Position numbers and translations under genes: made by a program. This document shows, in pieces, positions 21,002 through 32,296 of a DNA stretch of 35,824 nt (positions are counted from its first letter, which is position 1; each line of letters opens with the position of its first letter). Source of the DNA: Jimgerdemannia flammicorona (lineage: Eukaryota). The stretch spans positions 1 to 35,824 of the forward strand of contig RBNJ01000237.1 of NCBI GenBank assembly GCA_003990765.1, in the 5' to 3' direction. The notes beneath the pieces are model-generated. The model was not told the DNA's origin and ran no database searches. It saw only the letters and a list, made by a program, of their open reading frames with translations.

Positions 21002-24000
21002 ATGAATAGTACAACTAACATTTTCTCTGTGAATGTAAATGGGTTGAGAGGACCTGGGCAGCATAAGAACATTTTTACTTAGCTCAAGGGATTGGAGGCT
21101 GATCTCTTTTTACTACAGGATATTCAATGTGAGGATGACGATGATTGGGTGAAGTGGACTAGGGAATGGGGTGGGGCTACTGCTTGGTTTGGTAAAGTGG
21201 CGATTCTGGTGAGGAAGAGTAGAGGAGACTTAGAGGAAATCAGAAGCTGGGGTGATCGCTTGGTCTGAGGAGATTGGCAGTGGCCAGGGTGGGAGTTAGT
21301 GAAAGTTGGCTCCTGCTACTGCCCTGCAGTTAGGGGTGAGAGGATTGTATGGATTGAGGAGCTGCTGAAGGAGAGTATTCTCTTGGAGGAAGGGGTTGAT
21401 GTTCTTGGTGGGGATTTTAATATGGTTCAGGATCAGCATCTGGACAAAACTGATGGAGAGAGAAGTGTAGAGGAGAGAAGTAGAGGTCTGAATATATGGG
21501 AGGAGGTAGGGAAGTTGAGCTCCTTAGGGGATATAGGCAGAACATATTGGGGCAATGCCAGGGTCTACACACATTGGGTAAATAGCTTAGGTACAAGGAT
21601 TGATTGGATTCTGATAGCAGAGTATTGGGGTTCTGATGTTTGGAAGATGTTGGAGGTAGAGTGCTAACAGACACCCACAGATAATCCCTCATGCCTCCAG
21701 ACAAGAACCTTCGCCTGAATGTCCTCTACCCATAAGTTCCACAACCCCTTCTCAGCCAGCAGGGAGGAGTTAAGACACCAATGTCTGGGTCCATCTCCAC
21801 TCCCCCCAAACTGCCCCTGCCCCAACAGTTCCCAATGATCAGACCATGGGCACATAAGATTAAAAGAGGCAGTGAGGGTCTATTGGGGGGGAGCAGGTAG
21901 AGATGCTGGGAGGCAGAGGAGGGAGCGCACAAGATGTGCTTCCAACAGATTGAGGAGACTGCAAATGGATTGGGTGGATTTGCTTACTGCTGATGGAGTG
22001 GAGGATTGGAGAATAGAGCAGGCTAAATTGAAGATAGTGGAACTGTGACAGGTATTGAGAGAAGAGGAGGAGACTCATATGCATGGAATGGCTGCTAGGC
22101 TATGGTGGCAGGGGCTTGAGGAGGGTGAGCAGCCTACTAGGTACTTATCAAGACTCCTCAAAGCCAGGAGGGTGCAACATCAGTGGGATGGAATCTTAGA
22201 TGCCGATGGGGACATGGTACATAGCACACAATAAATCTTGGGGTTTTGTAGGAGAGATGGCAGAGTCTGTGGAGTGAGGGGGAAGGGGGTACTGATGGGG
22301 CAGTGATTGCTGATATACTAGAGAAGTGGGAGCTGCCACAAGTAGCTAGACTGGGTGACTTGATCTTACTGGTGCAAAGAGAGGAGATCCAGAGTGTCCT
22401 TGCAGCAACTAAGCTTGGAACAGCACCTGGGGAGGATGGGTTACCATGGGACTTCTGAAAGATAATGATAATAGTCCCTGGTGTTTTGGGTGAGATGACT
22501 GCTCTCTGTGACCATGTTCTTCAGAGTGGTGAGTGGATTGGAGAGCAGAACCTTGGGCTGGTGGCCTTATTGTATAAAGACAAGGGGAAGAGAGAAGACT
22601 GGAAGAACTGGAGGCCAATCATGCTTCTGGATATAGACAGGAAGATGGTGACTAAGGTGATTGTTGCAAGGCTGCAGAAAGTTGCCCAACAGATACTGTG
22701 GGAGGAGCAGCAGGGTTTTATTGGAGGCAGACTTATAAGAGATAGAACTGCATAGGTGTATGGTGTTATTGAAGAGACCTGGACTTGTAGACTGGATGGA
22801 AGGTTGGTCTTTTTGGACCAGAAGAAGGCCTATGACCATGTATGTGGGTCTGGCTGGGCAAGGTGTTGGATCGAATAGGTATTCCCCCAAGATTTTGAGC
22901 ATCTATGTTGAATCTGCTAGAGAGCAGTTGGGTGGTACTGATGTATAATGGCTACTAAGATTTGACATTCTCCTTGGGTAGAGGAGTTCCTCAGGGGGAC
23001 CCTCTGTCTCTTATTCTCTATGCCCTTTTGTTGGAGCCATTGATGGATAGAATTCATAGGAAGGTGAAGGGGCTCTCTATTTATGGTATAGTGTGGAAGG
23101 TAGGGGCCTTTGCGGATGATATGGTGGTTGGACTTGGGTCTGTGGCAGATGTCGAGGTGCTTAAGGAGACAGTGGAATGGTATGAGGCTCACTTGGGGGT
23201 GAAGCTCAACTGATATAAGTGTGAGATAATGGTGCTTAGTAATGAGCTAGTGGGTAAGGATGTCATTGGAACAATTGTCCCTACTGGTGCAGCAGTGTAG
23301 TATCTGAGCATCTTCCTTTCTGTATATGGTTCTGTCTTACCACAAGTATGGTGGGAGAACCAGGTGACTATATGGGGAGAGGCCCTTCGAAGTTGGGGAG
23401 GCCACCATATCTCTCTGGCAGGGTGGGTGACAATTCTGAATGTATACTGGTTCTCCAAGCTGTGGTATATGACCTATCACCTTGATTTCCCAGCTTGGGT
23501 AGTGAAGAGGCTGATAAAGATGGCTAGAGATTAGATCTGAGTAGGGAGGAGGTCTCAGATAGGGTGGGATACTCTTGCAACACTAGTGGTCAGGGGAAGT
23601 CTGGGCCTTGTGGACTTCCCTAAGAGGCTGCACTGCTTGCAAGCCTGGTGGTTGAAGAGAGCTGCTAAATTGCAGGGAGGGGGTTGGGTGCTACTGCTGA
23701 GAAAGGTGTAGGAGATGAGAACCTCCCCTTGAGGGTTCTCTGGAGATCTACTCTCTTTGGTAGGGCTGAATGGAACTCAGTGGCTGCAGTTTAAGAGTTT
23801 TTGGTAGGGGGTGGTAGATAGAGCACACTGCATTGGCCTGCACTGGCAAGGCAATGAGGGGGAGGTGGTTTGGGGGCCTGATATGTGGCGATGGGATAGA
23901 CTGCTCCTGGGGAGTGCTCTACTTGATATATTTAATTTTGGGGATAGAGTGGAGTATCAGCAGGGTCTTGGCCAGGATCTTTGGTCCAGTGGCTGGCAGG

Positions 24001-24659
24001 CAGCAGAGATCAGCAAGGAGTGGGACTGGGCAGATATCTGGTCTTAGAGTACTGAGGTGCAGAGGTGGCTTCCTCCCAAGTTCTGGGTGATATGATAGTG
24101 AATACTGCAGAGGAATGTTATGTTAAACTTTCACACTGGACATCTGGTGGAGAGTGGCCATTATGATTGTGAGGAGTGTTATAATGTAGAGCAAGCAGGG
24201 AGAATTATACAGACACCAGAACATTGGCTGAGAGAGTGTGAGATCTTGAGAGACTTTTGGATAGAAATAGGGGATATATTAGATGTGGGGCAGAGGCTGG
24301 TGAGTGTGGGAGGCCACTGGGAGGACTTGAGGTCTCAGCTAGTGGGTGGGGTGGAGGATAGCTGGCTCACTATAGGGTGGGTATTGGCAGTGTGGGTGGG
24401 ATTGACAGGACATTGGCTTTTTGTATTTGAGGAGGGGTAGCAGATAGGGCTGTAGAAGAAGATTTCCTAGTGGGAGGAGCTATTGGGGGATCTGTTGACT
24501 GGATGGTGGGTGGGTTGGAGTCCTCAGGGTGGACAATATTGCAGTTTGGTGACAAGGATCTGTGTGCAGAGTGGAGAGAGAGTAGAGATTGTATTAGACA
24601 AAATGGTCTTTTATTGAGAAGGGGTAGATAGGAAGGGCCCCCCTAGGGGGATCAGATAG
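21002..24659 (+). pseudogene. ORF2 of LINE F: AP endonuclease, reverse transcriptase, C-terminal Cys/His motif
   Basis: SVNVNGL, LLQD, GGDFN, RIDW, SDH (inverted), GEQPTRY, APGEDGL, NWRPIMLLDID, QQGF, LDQKKAYD, RGVPQGDPLS, FADD (23109-23120) and CEEC...EHWLREC. No RNase H seen. Confidence 0.95.
21665..21849 (-). other. 185-bp internal inversion in LINE F ORF2
   Basis: The minus strand encodes PWSDHW...GPRHWCLNSSLL. It is bounded by GTGC (21661-21664) and GCAC (21850-21853). Confidence 0.93.
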
Positions 24660-24723
24660 GAGGAGGGATCACTGTATTTATATGGGATAGATGGGCATAA
24701 TAAAGGAAGGAAGTCCAAGTGAC

Positions 24724-24777
<54 letters not shown>

Positions 24778-24789
24778 AGAATTCATCCT

Positions 24790-26363
24790 ATAGACAGATG
24801 TAAGCACCTAAGAACTAGGAGTGGTTCTAGCTCAAAAGAAAGACAAAGTAGAGTATATAATTATATATCTAAGCCAAGGAACCTGAGGAGCTAAAAAAGA
24901 ATATGAATCCTACAAGTTAGAATATCTTGCAGTCATTTGGGCTGTGGAAAAGTTCCACTACTACCTTGCTGGAAGACACTTCACCATCCAGACAGACCAC
25001 TCAGCCTACTGACCACTGGATAACTCAAAGGAATCTATACCAGATGGATCATGAAGTTGCAAGCATATAATGTAACCATTGTGTACTACTCAGGAAGAAC
25101 CAACACCAATGCAGATACTCTCTTATAGACACTCTGAAGGACCCCCAACCAGCAAATCAATTATAAATAAGGAGCTCTACTATAGAATCATCACCTATCT
25201 GGGATAGTGAAAGATGCCCCAATATCTAGAAGAATGGATACAAATAATTATCAACAGAACATGGAACAATTTGAAACCAATGGAGAAATATTAAAAAAAG
25301 AGAAGCTACTAGTCATATCAGAATACAAAAAGAGTAAGCAATGAAATCAATACATGAGCTTGGCCATCTAGAAGAAATAAACACATACAATAAAGCAAGA
25401 AGAACAATGTGGTGGCCAAAAATGGAGGAAGATATTAGATAATTTGTCAAGATCTGTAATAAATACCAGAAACAGAAATAAGATCAATGAAATTAAGTCT
25501 CAAAATCAGCACACATAGAACTAGTACTATTTGCCTACATTGTAATAGATGTAATTGGCCCTCTATCCTTGACTTTGACTGGTAACTGATATATCATTAT
25601 TATTGTAAACCTTTTTACAAAATAGATAGAGGTAGGACTCCTCAAAAAAGCCAATATACAGTTAATTGCTGATTTCTTTTATAAAGAAATTACCTGTCAG
25701 CTCAAGACCCCAACATAAGTAACTACAGACAGAGGAACAGAATTCATGAACCAGTTCTTTGAGGTACTCTACAAAAAGTATAAGATTCAGTATATTTGGA
25801 CCACAGCATACCATCCTTAAGGAAATAGATATACAGAAAGGACCAACAAGATTCTCAAGAATATTATTACTAAGATTTGTAACAACTATGAAAACTGAGA
25901 TCACTATCTATCAATAACATTATCTGCTCTCCAGGATATTCAATTACAAAGTACCTATTTCACCCCTCAGGAAATGCTGCTTAGAGAAGAAAGTTCTCAA
26001 GAAACCCTATCATCTAATGGAGATACTGTATGGAAATATATAGATAGAGAAATATAGAGATTATACCAAATCAGAAAGAAGGCCAAGGATTACATAACCA
26101 AGGCACAGGCACTATAGCAGAATAATGTAGAAAAGATTCACAAGTTCCTAGAAATTATCAAGATAAGAGATAAGGTCCTGATATATCAAAATATGGTAGA
26201 AGCTTCATAGTTATAAAAACTGGAGCCTAAGTAGGAAGGACCTTACCTTGTGCAAGATATAAAAGAGACCACCTTTTGACTACAAAAACTCCTAGATACA
26301 ATCATCCCCACTATTATTTACCAAAAATGACTCAAGAAGTATTATAGCCAATTAATAGAGTAA
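24790..26363 (+). pseudogene. RNase H and integrase of C (3' part of gag-pol)
   Basis: Resumes (IL)*TDVST after the TSD. LAVIWAVEKFHYYL, TDH, HELGH, DVIGP, TDRGTEF and EGPY. Confidence 0.93.
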
Positions 26364-26805
26364 TACCATAGCCCTCAAGATTACTAGTACTACACAATGA
26401 GCCATAGAAAGACAGTAGTGTTCTACTGAGTCACCAACTATGGAGGAATCTTTCAATAGTATCCAGAGTATAGTATAAACATACTTGTTATAAATTTTAC
26501 ATTTCAAGATATACCAGGACTGAAATAAGTTTTAAGAATATTTCAAGCTCAGGCAACTGCTAAATTTACAACCAGAAATGAGAAAAGAAGACTGGATCTG
26601 AGAATGCCAGCTCTCTCATACTCAGATTACTATTGCCAAATGAGTAAACAAGTTGTTTAAAGAAGATGAAATGGCTCTAGCTTATCTCTAAGAAGTAACT
26701 CTAGTAGACTTTAGATATATTAGAAGACAATATTGAGAGAATATAATGATGTAAATTATATAGTACAAAGAGATACAAATTATAGAAGCCTGGGAGTTTG
26801 AGTGA
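26344..26805 (+). pseudogene. ORF3 of C, same 462-nt length as in B
   Basis: Start is ATA (decayed ATG). Reads ...EYFKLRQLLNLQPEMRKEDWI*ECQLSHTQITIAK*VNKLFKEDEMALAYL...IEAWEFE* with no indels relative to B. Confidence 0.85.
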
Positions 26806-26846
26806 ATAGAATGTCTCAGAAATGAATCACCTATTCAGAAGGAAGT

Positions 26847-27277
26847 TGTAATAGTTGATCTAAATTAAGAATATAAATTAGAAAAATTAAACATTTGATT
26901 ATAGTATCTGAACCTAATTCCAAATATAGTATAGCCATATAAATAGTAGTTATAGAACTTTATTACTAGCAAATACTTTGCTATTAGCAAATACTTTGCT
27001 ACTAGTAAATACTTTACTATTAGAAAAATGACTCATAATATAACCACTTTATAGCTAGCAAACTTGTATAAATAACCCAGTATCTTAGAGTAAATAAACC
27101 TCATATTGAAATAGTTCAAAGCAAAGAGAAAGTAAAGGAACTAGTAAGTCTGCAGGTAGATATACTTTAAACTCACCTACTCCTATATCTCAAAGACTCT
27201 GTAGAGTCAAAGAAAATCAAGTTTTCAAGATACAGAAATCTGATATACTTCTAAGATTAAGTATTCACTATGTTACA
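26847..27277 (+). repeat. 3' LTR of C
   Basis: Direct repeat of 14727-15157. Confidence 0.95.
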
Positions 27278-27281
27278 ATAG

Positions 27282-27425
27282 TATTATTTTATATAGAAAT
27301 GTGTGAAAAATAGTTCTATATACCTAGAGTATACTCTGATAGAGTATATAATAGCAGATTTATTAACTAAAGCTCTTTCAAAGGCAAATTTTGACTTATG
27401 TATCCAAGAAATGAGACTTATAGTC
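27282..27425 (+). pseudogene. Copia E RNase H C-terminus
   Basis: YYFI*KCV (from YHFIRECV) resumes right after the TSD, followed by IADLLTKAL at ~27351. End coordinate is approximate. Confidence 0.85.
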
Positions 27426-27649
27426 AATTCTATACTAGTAAGCAGTAAGTAATAGTAATAATATGAAGATCTGATTAATATTGCTCAGAATTACTTTTTT
27501 TTACTATCTAATTTATTTATATATTTTCATACTTATAAGTAGAGAATTTGGACCTTTTTTAGTTATCTAGATTATATTCTGTTAGTTATAATTAGTTAGT
27601 TTTATTTGTATTTTATTTCTTTATATATATATATATTATTGAGTAAGAG

Positions 27650-27799
27650 TATTGAAAATCTAAATTTCTATTATATCTTAATATATAGTAATACAATCAA
27701 TCTTTGTCTATATTATCAATCTTGATATATAAAAGTATAACTTACTTAATCAAAAACCAATTACTTTTTACTTTGCTTATTCTCTCTAACTCTATAATA
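27650..27799 (+). repeat. 3' LTR of copia E
   Basis: Direct repeat of 3544-3698. Confidence 0.9.
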
Positions 27800-28199
27800 G
27801 AATAATATACTAGATCTTCTATTTAAAGATTATAATTGTAAAATAAATCTATAAGTTGTTTAAGAATAATAAATTAGCTCTATTATATCTAAGAAATATA
27901 ACTTTAGAAAAAAGCTTAGAAATATAAATAAATATTTAAGTATAAAGTATATCTATTTAGGAAAAAGTTTTAATATTTAATTTAAAATAGATATAAATTA
28001 GAAAATAAATATTTTATTATAATACTTAAATCTGATTTTTAATATATATTATAGTATATAATTTATATATTCTATTTGCTGATATATATAGCTCAATATA
28101 CTACTGAATATTTATATACTATTTATCTCTTTATTTACTAACAATAATCTGACTCAATGTTTACTTTAACTACTATTCTATATTTTAAGTTATAGATTA

Positions 28200-29200
28200 C
28201 ATAACTAGTTATTTGGAATAGTGGAGAAGTTGGTGATCATTTTTATAGATTCTTATTATTTCTTAGCAGTACTCTATTGTCTTTTGATAAGTTGGTGATT
28301 ATTCTGGCAAATTTTCTAATAAGTTTTCTGAATCTTGTATTTAATTTCTTGGAGTTCAAGATGGTTTTCTGTGGTAGCAATTTTAACTGACTGACTTGTA
28401 TCTTGAGTGTGTGGTCTTGACTTATATGTATTTTAAGTTTCAGGATATTTTTCTATAGTCTTGTATCTAATTTTTATAGTGGTAGCTATAAGAGTAATTT
28501 GTCTTCTCAATTTTCAAGCTTTGTACTCCAGGTAGATATTTTGATCCTTAGAATCATTTGTTCTCTTGAAGGCAGTATATTTCTCTATAAAACTTCTTTT
28601 TTACTTCAAACTTGAACTAACTCATATCTTAAATTTTGTACAGTCTATGATCTTATATCCAATTTCCAAAGAGAGTTCTCAACTGACTTATATCTTAAAT
28701 TTTGTGATAATTTTCCATAGTCTTATATTTAATTTTCATAGCAGTAGCAGCAAGAGTGATTCATCTTCTCAATCTCTAAACTTTATATTCCAAATAGATG
28801 TTTTGATCTCTAGAATTAATCATTCTCTTAAAGATAGTATGTTTCTCTATAAAACTTCCTTTTTACTTTAAACTTAAACTAATTTTATCATGAATTCTGT
28901 AGCAATTTTCTATGGTCTTATATTTAATTTTGTAGTGGCAGTAAGAGTATTACTTCAGCTCTTAGAGTTTTTTTCAAAGTTTTTATACTTGACTTCTCTT
29001 GTCTTTCAGAACTAATTGACTAAGGTTTATTTACTACAGATTAGGGGGTATTTATACAACCTTCAGACTATGTACAAGACTAGATAATTGGTTGTAACTC
29101 ACAATTACTAAAAGATACTATTTATCATACTTTTGGAATTCAGGTGACTAACTAACTAGATAAGGCTAATTTTATATTTGTGATGAATTTGACTCATGCA
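28200..29200 (-). mobile_element. Very decayed remnant probably related to the gypsy family, with an internal ~260-bp duplication
   Basis: 29015-29062 (TTGACTAAGGTTTATTTACTACAGATTAGGGGGTATTTATACAA) resembles the TATA/polyA core of the family LTR. 28584-28620 is repeated at 28845-28882. Boundaries are uncertain. Confidence 0.4.
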
Positions 29201-29316
29201 GAATAAGAATATAAAGCCTTTATTACTGATTCTTGATTGTATTAAATGTTTAATATATGAGAAGACTAAATAATTTTGAACCCTTTAAAAGCAATTTCAA
29301 ATAATTTCTTTATATT

Positions 29317-29343
29317 AAAAAAAAAAAAAAAAAAAAAAATATA

Positions 29344-29377
<34 letters not shown>
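29317..29377 (+). repeat. Two poly(A) tracts separated by TATATAT
   Basis: Seen directly. No TSD identified. Confidence 0.85.
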
Positions 29378-29379
<2 letters not shown>

Positions 29380-29817
29380 AGAGAGAGAGAAAGAAAGACT
29401 GGGTTTATTTTAAAGTAATGCACAGTGAGTAATGAATATGACTTAATTATTTTTAAAACATAGCCAGTGATAACATCTCCGAAATTTCTTGATTCAGAGA
29501 TAGATTGCAAAAGCAAATGAACCAAGATTTAATAACAGAAACCTTTTAGTATTATTTTTTATTTAGCTGTTTTATATCTGAAGATATCAAATATTTGACA
29601 ATTACAAGTTGAAATAGAAATGCTCTCACACTAAATTTATTTACGGCAACAATCTATTTTTGGGAACTCCAAATTGGGTAGTCTATTTTACAGCTGTCTA
29701 ACTTGTCTCCCCCCATCTAGGTTGAACGTTCACATGCCCCACCTTGTCCCGATTTATTTTTTATTATTTATTGGTCTTGCTTTCCTTGGAGCTAACTTTT
29801 TTCCCAATCAACCCACT

Positions 29818-31451
29818 ATGACGAAAACCATTTTCCAGACCTTGCTAGTGTTTCTCGCCGCCATGACACACCAGGCCACGGCCTTCACTCCTACCACCCA
29901 GTGGGCGCAGACGGCTGTGCTCATCGATGACATCATCTATGTGTACGGTGGCGCACGATCCAAAATAAATGGCATCACGAATTTGTACACCCTTAATATC
30001 TCCCAGTCTTGGAATACCTCTGCCCCGGCCTGGGCTGATCATTCAAGCGACGCCGGCAACTTCACTGTGCCTAAGTCGGCCTACCATAGCATGTGGCCTT
30101 CCGACGACGAGGAATCATTCTACGTCTGGGGTGGTGGAAATAGTTTCAGTGAAAAGCCGAAGCTAAGCGGATTTGCGCAATACAATATTGCTAACAAAAC
30201 CTGGTCGCTGCCTTCTGGTTCAGCTGCCGTAAGTGTGCCGCTGCCGAGGAGGGAAACAGTCGCATCGTGGACTGCATCCAGCGTCGTCTACATCTGGGCC
30301 GGGTTGGGCGACGGCGATACTGGTGAGTTTGTGGACGATTAACTTTCATCGCACTTGTCAGCCTATTCATTCGCGCGATTTTGTTCTTCGGTACTCTTAA
30401 ATCGATCCCTATTTTGTCCCCATTGAAGGATACTCTATCAACGGCACCTCTGGGACCAAGATCTTCACCGAAATGATTTCCTTTGATACTGTCAATCTTG
30501 CTTGGAGCGTTCTCAGCATCCCTGGGCCATTGCCCATCCCCAGAATCTTGCACACGAGCACGATGCTCCCGTACGGCTTGATTCTAACACCTTATATATA
30601 TATATATTTATTTTTATTTTGAAGATTATTCATTTGCTTTGTTTTTATTTTTAATCAGTAATAATCAAATAGTTATGATCGGAGGATTATATGTCACACA
30701 AACCAATATCACCTCTGTGAATCGGGTTTACGCCAACCTTACTGAGATTCCTGTCTTCGAGTACGTATTGGTGGTTTTCTCGCCCTTCTCTTTGCAATAT
30801 GACACACAGTGACTCGTTCTGAACAATTTCCTGTTTTTTTTTTTTTTTTTTTTTTAGCACAACCGATGGCACTTGGATTCTCAATAACGCATCGGGTAAC
30901 GTACCTATGAATCGACGCGCGCACGCTGCAGTCTTGGGTAAGCGATTTCAAAACGACAAAGGGAAATCACTTCCCCCCGATATCAAAAATCCACGAGCCT
31001 GAAACGACTGACGGATTTCACTCGCACAGGCGAGGACGAATATTCCATTATTATTTGCTGTGGTGGAACGAAAACCAATAATGTCAACCTCAACGACGTT
31101 GCGGTGCTCGATACGGCGACCTGGCAATGGACGCAGCCGTCGGTCAACGGAACTCCGCCTCCGGCGAGGTACGGGTCATCGTCGATAATGGTCAATGGGC
31201 AGATGATCGTTATGTTTGGTACGCGTGACATTTCATTTCCTTTTTTCTTTCTCTAATCTTTTTCGTTCGTCTCATCTTGCAACATGCTGTCCGAGGCAAC
31301 ATATTTACTACGCCATTTGTATGTAACAGGATCGGGCAACTCCTCAGCATTGAACGATATTGCCGTCTTGGACACCAGAATAACACCCTACCAATGGGCG
31401 ACACAATTCGATTCAGATGATGATGAATGGATTGGGGGTCAAGGTGAATGA
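29818..31451 (+). CDS. Secreted six-bladed Kelch-repeat beta-propeller protein, 379 aa, 6 exons
   Basis: Exons 29818-30322, 30429-30570, 30659-30760, 30858-30937, 31030-31218 and 31330-31451. All introns are GT-AG and the total of 1140 nt is in frame. Signal-peptide-like MTKTIFQTLLVFLAAMTHQATA. Blades IYVYGG, FYVWGG, VYIWAG, IVMIGG, IIICCGG and MIVMFG, each with a downstream Trp. Many N-x-S/T sites. CpG retained. The 3' end is less certain. Confidence 0.88.
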
Positions 31452-32142
31452 GTGAACCTTGGATGATGTTTCGTATCTTTGGTGCTCTAGAGGCTGTCAC
31501 GACTGCGCCAATTAGGACTAGCAACCGCTAGCGACTAGCTTCTTTCTTAATCTCAAACTACTCATTTTGGATATGAATACACACTGCTTATAAATATTAT
31601 ATATAACGCATTATCAAACCATGTTTAGCTTTGAATATTCCTTGACTTGTTCTTAACGGTACCTTGGATATACCGTCCAACCATTTCGGTAAACATTGCA
31701 ACGGGTTTATGGAACCTGCGCCAAAAGCAAAGCAAATAATAAAATTATACAAAAGTCGCCAAATTGATATCAGAAAACACAATTATACCAAGTGACCAGT
31801 ACACTGATTCCAGACAAAACACCTGTCATGTTTTCCAACCAAAATGTTCAACCAACGTCTTTGAAGCCTTGCATAAGGACGCAGTATCATGTATAAACAC
31901 GTTTAATATAAGGAGTATCCCTGAATACAATATCATTTGCGCCTTTCAACTTCTTTAGGCCTCGTAAGAACTATTCCAGAAGAGATAATTTTGCTCCCGG
32001 GCCATAGCGCCTCCAATGTTTCCGTAGCCAATTCCAAAAAGCTCGCGCCATCCCAACGAACCAGAGATTGTTGACGGAAAAAACAATGTATGCAGAAATC
32101 GATCAATCTGTGTGTACGGAAATGTACAAAAAGGAATAACAT

Positions 32143-32296
32143 TGTTGAAATTCTTGTAATTATGCATCTCGATAATGTGGCTTAGACTAGAACTATGTCA
32201 TCCTTGAGCTATGTCACTTGATATATGAAAATGTGAGCAATCAATAAACAATGCTGCTGCTCTTCTCCACTCCATATTCCCAACAAATTCACAACA
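32143..32296 (+). repeat. 5' LTR of copia G (154 bp)
   Basis: Perfect TGTTG/CAACA termini, internal AATAAA, followed by the PBS. The partner LTR is not in the window. Confidence 0.85.

Larger units (their letters stand above)
18859..24774 (+). mobile_element. Full-length L1/Tx1-like non-LTR retrotransposon F (5.9 kb)
   Basis: 15-bp TSD TCAAGAATTCATCCT (18844-18858, 24775-24789). 5' GGGG, AATAAA at 24699-24704, A48 tail at 24727-24774. ORF1 and an APE-RT-CCHC ORF2 are present. Confidence 0.97.
14727..27277 (+). mobile_element. Full-length Ty3/gypsy element C (same family as B, different U3), inserted in the RNase H of E and carrying LINE F
   Basis: 431-bp LTRs at 14727-15157 and 26847-27277, TSD ATAG (14723-14726, 27278-27281), PPT AGAAGGAAG at 26837-26845. 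Internal region colinear with B. Confidence 0.96.
3544..27799 (+). mobile_element. Old Ty1/copia LTR retrotransposon E (~5.0 kb after removing nested B and C)
   Basis: Matching ~150-bp LTRs at 3544-3698 and 27650-27799 (decayed TGTTG...CAACA). TSD AAATA/GAATA (3539-3543, 27800-27804). Decayed PBS TATTATAAGCTC after the 5' LTR and PPT GAGTAAGAG at 27641-27649. Domain order PR-IN-RT-RH. Confidence 0.9.

Noticed and set aside
24691..24894. Poly-lysine ORF (also the poly-Phe ORF at 29310-29525 and poly-Lys ORFs at 30687-30951)
   Set aside because: These are translations of the LINE poly(A) tail, A tracts or an intron T tract.
29674..29817. N-terminal extension of the Kelch ORF in the ORF track
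   Set aside because: It starts at a TTG and is AT-rich and low in complexity. The ATG at 29818 directly precedes a signal peptide and is the better start.
29818..31451. Galactose oxidase or another specific gene name for the Kelch protein
   Set aside because: Only the propeller fold is supported. The additional domains and copper ligands are not evident, so no gene symbol was assigned.
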